Position numbers and translations under genes: made by a program. This document shows, in pieces, positions 55,159 through 61,763 of a stretch of DNA of 64,000 nucleotides. This DNA comes from Desulfobacteraceae bacterium Eth-SRB1. Lineage in GTDB: Bacteria > Desulfobacterota > Desulfobacteria > Desulfobacterales > ETH-SRB1. Location: positions 192,114 through 256,113 of the forward strand of contig RPGP01000001.1 in NCBI GenBank assembly GCA_004193555.1. The letters are read 5' to 3'. Within the stretch, counting starts at the first letter, position 1. Every line of letters starts with the position of its first letter. The notes under the pieces are model-generated. The model saw only the letters and a program-made list of their open reading frames with translations. It was not told the origin of the DNA and made no database searches.

Positions 55159-55895
55159 TATTTTACATGCATCAGAAACAGCCCCTGTGGAGGGGCGGTT
55201 ATGCCCGCAAGGCTGCGATCCTTTAGATTAAGTATGTTTCTAACATCATCCGGCGTTATTTTACAATGCCCCACATCAACAAGTGTGCCTACAATATTGC
55301 GGACCATATATCTTAAAAATCCGTTAGCCTCGATTTCAAAAATCAGATATCCTTGATCCTTTTGTATGAAATCAGCATTAATAACGCATCTTGTCGCATG
55401 GGATCTGGGACTGCCCGTACCTTCAAATGTCGTAAAATCATGCGTGCCGACAATATAATTTATAGCCGCGTTCATTGCATCAAGATTGAGCGCTTTACGA
55501 ATGAACCACGCATACTGCCTGCCAATGGCGGCAGGTGTTGGTGTATTTAAAATTCTGTAATTATATGTTTTGCTTCTTGCATTATACCTTGCATGAAAAC
55601 TGTCGTCAGCATGGATGCACTCTTTTATCACAATATCATCCGGCAAGAGGCTGTTAAGCCCTTTCCGGAAATCGTCCGGGATAATCCTGGTATCAGAGTG
55701 AAAGTTTGCCACCTGCCCCAGGGCATGCACACCTGCATCTGTTCTTCCTGAAGCTGTAAGAATAACCTTTTCCCCTGTCATTGTCGATAATGCTTTTTCT
55801 ATTGTCTCCTGAATTGTCGGCTCATTTGCCTGCCTTTGCCACCCATGATATAAGGTGCCGTCATATTCTATTGTGAGTTTAAAATTCTTCAGCAT
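55155..55895 (-). CDS. truA: tRNA pseudouridine(38-40) synthase TruA
   Basis: The ORF has YDGT.YHGWQRQ and GRTDAGVHA motifs. Confidence 0.9.
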   Translation of the reverse strand: MLKNFKLTIEYDGTLYHGWQRQANEPTIQETIEKALSTMTGEKVILTASGRTDAGVHALGQVANFHSDTRIIPDDFRKGLNSLLPDDIVIKECIHADDSFHARYNARSKTYNYRILNTPTPAAIGRQYAWFIRKALNLDAMNAAINYIVGTHDFTTFEGTGSPRSHATRCVINADFIQKDQGYLIFEIEANGFLRYMVRNIVGTLVDVGHCKITPDDVRNILNLKDRSLAGITAPPQGLFLMHVKY

Positions 55896-55953
55896 AGTTC
55901 TGTAATATGGTCATGAAGTGAACAAAATCGACTTTTTACGAGTGCATCAAGTG

Positions 55954-57378
55954 TTACAAAAGGTCTTGTTTTGAACCATTGTCTCTATTAAATACCAGGC
56001 TCCTGCGTTTCAGAATATCGTAATAAATCATTATCTGCTTAACATAGTTAATCGGTTCTTTTCCCCTGCAGTATCCATACCTGGCATTTTTATAATATTT
56101 TTGATAAGCTAAAAGAGGCATGGTTATTACAAGAGAGGACCATTTGTCCGGGTCCATCTGCATTTTTTTTGCAAGATTCCGTGCGTCAAATATATGCCCT
56201 TGTCCAACATTATAGGCGGCAAGAGCTATAAACAACCTGTCCAGGCCGTCAGCCTTATTAAAATGATCATACAAATCCCTTAGATGCTGTACTCCGGCAT
56301 TAATGTTTTGTTTTGGATCAAATATATCATCCACGCCAAGGCTTTCAGCGGTTGACTGGGCTAACTGCATAAGACCATAAGCTCCTGCATAACTTGTTGC
56401 CTCAGGATCGAAATGGGACTCCTGATATATTTGAGAAGCTATCAGCCTCCAGTCAAAATCGTGCTTTTCGGCTGCCTTCTGAATAATTGAGTTATATAGC
56501 GGCAGTTTGGTGATGAGTCTCCTGTGATATGTTCTGAGATCAACATAGTCAAAATGGTCAATATCAGCGTAATATTTATTGTAAATTCTGGAAAACTCGC
56601 CGTTTTTTTTGATGGTATTCAAAAAGGTGTTAACATGTTTAAGAAGTTTGTGCTCATTTACATTCAGCGCCCATCCAAGCTCTTCCCTGTCGCTTATTGG
56701 GCATGCAAGAACGGCCCTGGGATAATATCTACGGTTTAGCAAGGCAATATTTTTGTCTGCAACCGTAAAAGCAATACTCTTTTCCGCCACCTGTTGAATC
56801 AGTTCCTCGGTAGGCGTATTATCCTGCAGCTCAATTGTGAGATCTATTCCCTCTCTTTTGAGCGCTTCAAGCCTTTCCTGATATGATGTTCCCTTTCTTA
56901 CATGAACGGTTTTACCAGCAAGATCTTCTGCTTTTTTAATATCCCTGTTGTCGCGATGAGCAATAATATATTGCTGTGTTGCCATGTATCCATTGGAAAA
57001 AGCGACCCGTTTTTTCCTTTTTGGCGTGATGGTCATGCTGGCAGCAATTAATTCTCCCCTGCCATCCATTAAAGCCGGAATCATCTCATCCCATTGCTCG
57101 GATATTATTATTTCCAGTTTCACTCCGAGATAATCTGCAAAAGCATTTACAAGGTCATATTCAAAGCCCATGGGCTGATCTCGATATATATAATAGCAGT
57201 GCGAATTATTACGGGTAATAACCCTGATTTTGCCGGTTTTCAGGATATTATCAAAAACTATGTCTCTGGAAGTAAACTGATAGACAAATAGAACGCATAT
57301 GGAAATATATGCTATGATGATAAGTAGATAAACCGGTTGGTTCCGGATTTTATTTAAGCTGTTTCCGGCCATTGTCAA
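55954..57378 (-). CDS. mltF: membrane-bound lytic murein transglycosylase F-like (SBP_bac_3 + SLT domains)
   Basis: An N-terminal anchor is followed by a periplasmic binding domain. The C-terminal SLT catalytic region carries ESHF and AYNVG. Confidence 0.8.
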   Translation of the reverse strand: MTMAGNSLNKIRNQPVYLLIIIAYISICVLFVYQFTSRDIVFDNILKTGKIRVITRNNSHCYYIYRDQPMGFEYDLVNAFADYLGVKLEIIISEQWDEMIPALMDGRGELIAASMTITPKRKKRVAFSNGYMATQQYIIAHRDNRDIKKAEDLAGKTVHVRKGTSYQERLEALKREGIDLTIELQDNTPTEELIQQVAEKSIAFTVADKNIALLNRRYYPRAVLACPISDREELGWALNVNEHKLLKHVNTFLNTIKKNGEFSRIYNKYYADIDHFDYVDLRTYHRRLITKLPLYNSIIQKAAEKHDFDWRLIASQIYQESHFDPEATSYAGAYGLMQLAQSTAESLGVDDIFDPKQNINAGVQHLRDLYDHFNKADGLDRLFIALAAYNVGQGHIFDARNLAKKMQMDPDKWSSLVITMPLLAYQKYYKNARYGYCRGKEPINYVKQIMIYYDILKRRSLVFNRDNGSKQDLL

Positions 57379-57813
57379 TTAGAATGCCCCCAATTGACAA
57401 TTTATTATTCTGATATTCATGGCTTCGCATGCACAACTCACCCTCATTTTATGAACATTATACAAGGCTGCTATATCCCAAACCTTACTGCACGGCAGTT
57501 TCCCAGCAACCACAGCATCAGTGATTGCATCTTTTAAATTCTGATCCGACGGCATTTTAGGTTTTACTTTCCTTTTTTTTGGTTGATATCCATATAAGCC
57601 AAGCTGGCATTTTGCCAGTCTGAAATTAAGCAGATCAACCGTCTTCCCAACATCGGCTGGTGAAACCTGCAACTCCTTTGCAATTTTAAAGGCAATAAAA
57701 CATGGGAGTTTGCCGTTTTTACTCTGTTTTAAAATTTCATTTTTAATAACACTGTTTATTTGTGCTCCGCCTTGATGTTTTGCCGCAAACTTATTGTCTT
57801 TCTGGTCAATCAT
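57379..57813 (-). CDS. hypothetical Cys-containing protein with internal duplication
   Basis: Two ~55-aa repeats each read GKLPC...(I/V)A...CQLG(L/A)(Y/F). The stop abuts the mltF start. Confidence 0.5.
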   Translation of the reverse strand: MIDQKDNKFAAKHQGGAQINSVIKNEILKQSKNGKLPCFIAFKIAKELQVSPADVGKTVDLLNFRLAKCQLGLYGYQPKKRKVKPKMPSDQNLKDAITDAVVAGKLPCSKVWDIAALYNVHKMRVSCACEAMNIRIINCQLGAF

Positions 57814-58098
57814 TATTTTATTCCTTTTGTTAATATGGCTTGATGTTTGGCAGTTTTATACAGCAATTAAATTAAAAACACAATTATAAAGCATAGAGAT
57901 TATATTTGCTTGAACAAAGTTAAAGCCTTTGTTAATACCTAAATTGAGTTTTTAGTAATTAGCTTTTAGCAGTTAGCACAATAATTTCAATATATTGTTA
58001 GAGGTCAATCCGCCAGAGCCTGTTGGCGGAGCTGAAAATCGAATCGCTGGTAACCATCCGAAATAATAAGAGCTAATCGCTCATCTTAGGTTCTAATT

Positions 58099-59190
58099 AT
58101 GACTATAAAACGTAAAAAAACGCGCCGGATCATGGTCGGAAAAGTAAAGGTGGGCGGAACGGCTCCTGTTGCCGTACAGTCCATGACCAATACATTTACT
58201 CAGGATATTCCGGCTACGGTTGCACAAATAAAACAGCTGGAAAAAGCAGGGTGTGAAATAATCAGGGTGGCTGTTCCTGACGAAGAGGCGGCCAGAGCAA
58301 TCTCTTTAATAAAAAAGCGGATTTCCATTCCAATTATAGCGGATATTCATTTTGATTACCGGCTGGCTATTGCCGCTGCAAAAGCCGGCGCAGACGGTTT
58401 GAGGCTAAATCCGGGAAATATCGGAAGCGCAGATAAAGTGAAGATTGTTGTTGGCTGCGCAAAAGATTGTAATATTCCGATTAGGATCGGGGTAAACGCA
58501 GGCTCTCTTGAGAAAGATATTTTAAAAAAATATAATGGCGCTTGCGCTGAAGGCATGGTGGAAAGCGCCATCCGAAATATCGAGATTTTAACGTCACATG
58601 ATTTTTTTAACATAAAGATTTCTTTAAAAGCATCCGATGTGCCCCGTACAATTGCGGCATACAGACTCCTTTCTTCAAAAACAGATTTTCCTCTTCATGT
58701 CGGAGTTACAGAGGCAGGGCCTCTCTATCCGGGCATTGTCAAGTCATCTATCGGTATAGGGATGCTTCTTGCAGAAGGAATAGGCGATACTATTCGTGTT
58801 TCTCTGACCAGAGATCCTGTTGAAGAGGTGCGTGTAGGATACGAAATTTTGAAAGCCTTACAGATTCGCCGGCATGGCCCTGAAATAATCTCCTGTCCTA
58901 CCTGCGGCCGTTGCAATATTAACCTCTTTGACATTGTTGAGCGTGTTGACAGGGCTCTGTCAGCAAGCACCTTGCCTATCAAGATTGCAATCATGGGTTG
59001 TCTGGTAAATGGACCCGGAGAGGCAAAGGAGGCGGATATCGGTATTGCAGGCGGTGATGGCGCTGGAATACTGTTCAAAAAGGGAAAGGTGATCAAAAAA
59101 TTTCCCCAGGAACAGCTTGTTGATGTTCTGCTGAAAGAGATTGAGCAGACTATTTTCACCACGGAGCACACAGAGACCACAGAGAAATAG
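58099..59190 (+). CDS. ispG: 4-hydroxy-3-methylbut-2-en-1-yl diphosphate synthase IspG
   Basis: The ORF has VQSMTNT and LRLNPGNIG motifs and a CPTCGRC cluster motif. The last 10 codons (TTEHTETTEK) are CACAGAG-repeat sequence. Confidence 0.95.
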   Translation: MTIKRKKTRRIMVGKVKVGGTAPVAVQSMTNTFTQDIPATVAQIKQLEKAGCEIIRVAVPDEEAARAISLIKKRISIPIIADIHFDYRLAIAAAKAGADGLRLNPGNIGSADKVKIVVGCAKDCNIPIRIGVNAGSLEKDILKKYNGACAEGMVESAIRNIEILTSHDFFNIKISLKASDVPRTIAAYRLLSSKTDFPLHVGVTEAGPLYPGIVKSSIGIGMLLAEGIGDTIRVSLTRDPVEEVRVGYEILKALQIRRHGPEIISCPTCGRCNINLFDIVERVDRALSASTLPIKIAIMGCLVNGPGEAKEADIGIAGGDGAGILFKKGKVIKKFPQEQLVDVLLKEIEQTIFTTEHTETTEK

Positions 59191-59770
59191 AAGGGGCATT
59201 CATGAGTGAAAATGGAGTTGTTCCGGTTTCTAAAATTGAAAACATTATCCTTGTCATAAGAGGATAAAAAGTAATATCGGCCCGTGAACTTGCAGAATTG
59301 TATGGAGTTACTACTGGGAATCTGAATAAAGCCGTGAAACGCAACATTGATCGTTTCCCGAATGATTTTATGTTTCAATTGACAGCGGAAGAATATAAAT
59401 CTCTAAGATTCCATTTTGGAATCTTAGAGAAGGGCCGGCATTCAAAATATTTACCTTACGCTTTTACAGAACAAGGGGTTGCAATGCTTTCAAGTGTTCT
59501 GAAAAGCAAGCGTGCTGTGCAGGTTAATATCGAAATTATGCGCGCCTTTGTTCGCTTACGCCGAATGCTATCTGTACACAAGGACCTCGAACGCAAGCTA
59601 ACTGACTTAGAGCAAAAATACGATGAGCAGTTCAAAATTGTTTTTGAGGTGATCAATCAGCTCATGACGCCGCCTGCGAAACCACGCAAAAAGATTGGGT
59701 TTGTGGTAAAGGAAAAGAAGGCTGCCTATGGCAAAAGGACAAAGGGAAGTAGGAAAAAGAAATGATACCG
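59063..59770 (+). repeat. direct repeat copy 1 (~0.7 kb: ispG 3' end + ORF6N gene)
   Basis: The copy aligns with 60960-61667 at a constant offset of 1897 nt. The first ~370 nt differ at about one position, and the 3' third is more diverged. Confidence 0.9.
59202..59765 (+). pseudogene. ORF6N (KilA-N-related) domain protein with in-frame TAA at codon 22
   Basis: The reading [59 protein letters not shown] has TAA at 59265-59267. The stop sits where family members have Q (IRGQKV). Confidence 0.65.
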
Positions 59771-59944
59771 GTTTTGTGTACGTTCAGCACGAATGTCCCC
59801 TTGGCCTATTGATGATACAAACTTATAAACTGAGGAACGTCCCATAGATTTCCCTTACCATTTTTTATTTCTTCGTGATCTTCGTGGTATTCAATTTCTT
59901 TTGATTCGCAAAAATTATTTCATAATTAGAATTACTGTCTTCAC

Positions 59945-59973
59945 TTGACAATAACGCCAAATGGCATTACAAT
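59945..59973 (+). promoter_or_regulatory. sigma70-type promoter of the Xre/RES operon
   Basis: The promoter is TTGACA (59945-59950), N17, TACAAT (59968-59973). GGGAGA lies 6 nt before the ATG at 60004. Confidence 0.55.
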
Positions 59974-60003
59974 ATATCAAAATGACACTTTAGGGAGATA
60001 ATT

Positions 60004-60429
60004 ATGCCTGCAACCGCTTCAGCTTTACTTGGGAATGAATTAGAAAGCATACACATTAAAAATCCACTTGATATTATTAAAATAAGTCAAAACGGATTAA
60101 CAAAAGGGGCATTAACCCGTATAGGAAAAGTTCTGGCTCTTACCCAAAAAGACCTTGCAGAATTAACGTCAACATCTTTAAGAACATTCCAGAGATATGA
60201 AAACAATAAAAAGTTAAATCCCATTGTATCAGAAAGTATGATTCAACTTACTGAAATAATCCGCCTTGGATTCGATGTGTTTGAAGATCGTGATACTTTC
60301 ATAAAATGGTTAAATACAGTCAATAAAGCGCTGGGACAAAGAAGGCCGATTGAATTGCTGAAATTCAGAACTGGAAGCGATTTGGTTCGTAATCTTTTAG
60401 GCCAGATACAATATGGTATTGTAGCCTGA
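60004..60429 (+). CDS. Xre/MbcA/ParS-type antitoxin (HTH + DUF2384 toxin-binding domain)
   Basis: The C-terminal motif W...N.ALG.RRPIELL...G...V...L....YG is present. The gene overlaps the RES gene by 1 nt. Confidence 0.75.
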   Translation: MPATASALLGNELESIHIKNPLDIIKISQNGLTKGALTRIGKVLALTQKDLAELTSTSLRTFQRYENNKKLNPIVSESMIQLTEIIRLGFDVFEDRDTFIKWLNTVNKALGQRRPIELLKFRTGSDLVRNLLGQIQYGIVA

Positions 60430-60896
60430 TGAACGTATACCGTATCGGAAAGAAGAAATACATAAAGGACTTATCCGGGCAAGGAGCTCGTTTTTATGGC
60501 GGACGATGGAATTACTTTGGATATCGAGTTCTATATGCCTCCGAATCTATACCGCTGGCAATTTTAGAGTATATTACTAAAACAGGAGCTGTTGAAGAAG
60601 AACTTATAAATCTGAGTATAGCTTATATAGAAGTCAAAGATGACGCAAGTTTTTCAACTATAAAGATCGAGGATTTACCTGAGGACTGGAATACATATCC
60701 TGTTCCCGAAGATTTGAAGAAAATTGGGACTGATTGGATAATTTCAGCCCAAAGCCTGATTTTGAAGGTGCCGGCAGTTAGTGCACCTGATTCTTATAAT
60801 ATTCTAATAAATCCAGTTCATCCGGAATTTAAAAAGATAAATTTATTAAAAGTATCAGAATATCAACCCGATCTAAGATTGAGAAAGAAAAAATAA
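60429..60896 (+). CDS. RES domain toxin (NAD+-targeting family)
   Basis: The ORF has GARFYGGRWN, VLYASES and AILEY motifs and is 155 aa. Confidence 0.8.
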   Translation: MNVYRIGKKKYIKDLSGQGARFYGGRWNYFGYRVLYASESIPLAILEYITKTGAVEEELINLSIAYIEVKDDASFSTIKIEDLPEDWNTYPVPEDLKKIGTDWIISAQSLILKVPAVSAPDSYNILINPVHPEFKKINLLKVSEYQPDLRLRKKK

Positions 60897-60937
60897 TCAC
60901 ACAGCACACACCAACAGGACATGAAACGCATATTTTC

Positions 60938-61087
60938 ATGGGCGTCCCTCTGGATGTCCCTGGAATACTGTTCAAAAAGGGAAAGGTGATAAAAAAATTT
61001 CCCCAGGAACAGCTTGTTGATGTTCTGCTGAAAGAGATTGAGCAGACTATTTTCACCACGGAGCACACAGAGACCACAGAGAAATAG
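60938..61087 (+). pseudogene. duplicated ispG 3' fragment (last 42 codons) with a fortuitous upstream ATG
   Basis: Bases 60960-61087 match 59063-59190. The in-frame reading is MGVPLDVPGILFKKGKVIKKFPQEQLVDVLLKEIEQTIFTTEHTETTEK*. Confidence 0.75.
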
Positions 61088-61667
61088 AAGGGGCATTCAT
61101 GAGTGAAAATGGAGTTGTTCCGGTTTCTAAAATTGAAAACATTATCCTTGTCATAAGAGGATAAAAAGTAATATCGGCCCGTGAACTTGCAGAATTGTAT
61201 GGAGTTACTACTGGGAATCTGAATAAAGCCGTGAAACGCAACATTGATCGTTTCCCGAATGATTTTATGTTTCAATTGACAGCGGAAGAATATAAATCTC
61301 TAAGATTCCATTTTGGAATCTTAGAGAAGGGCCGGCATTCAAAATATTTACCTTACGCTTTTACAGAACAAGGGGTTGCAATGCTTTCAAGTGTTCTGAA
61401 AAGCAAGCGTGCTGTGCAGGTTAATATCGAAATTATGCGTGCCTTTGTTCGCTTACGCCGAATGCTATCTGTACACAAGGATCTCGAACGCAAGCTAACC
61501 GACTTAGAGCAAAAACACGATGAGCAGTTCAAAATCGTTTTTGAGGCGATCCGGCAACTCATGGCACCGCCTGCGAAACCACGCAAGAAGATTGGGTTTG
61601 TGGTAAAGGAAAAGCAATCTGCCTATGGCAAAAGGACAAAGGGAAGTAAAAGAAAGAAATGATAACG
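60960..61667 (+). repeat. direct repeat copy 2
   Basis: See copy 1 (59063-59770). Confidence 0.9.
61099..61662 (+). pseudogene. ORF6N domain protein copy 2 with the same in-frame TAA
   Basis: The 5' region is identical, including TAA at 61162-61164. The C-terminal third differs from copy 1 at several residues. Confidence 0.65.
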
Positions 61668-61702
61668 GAAAAGACAACATTCAATCAAGATAATATCATT
61701 AA

Positions 61703-61731
61703 GGGTCAAAGGCGGACCTGACCCCTTTTTT
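61703..61731 (+). terminator. intrinsic terminator after ORF6N copy 2
   Basis: The stem gggtca/tgaccc has a 10-nt loop and is followed by CTTTTTT. Confidence 0.5.
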
Positions 61732-61763
61732 ACAAAAAAATAAGTGTATCGTAGGAATCAAAT

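Noticed and set aside
58725-59378. There are minus-strand ORFs of 217 aa here and 148 aa at 60829-61275, with identical N-termini.
   Set aside because: Their apparent conservation is a by-product of the 0.7-kb direct repeat. They run antisense to ispG and ORF6N and contain repeat-derived sequence.
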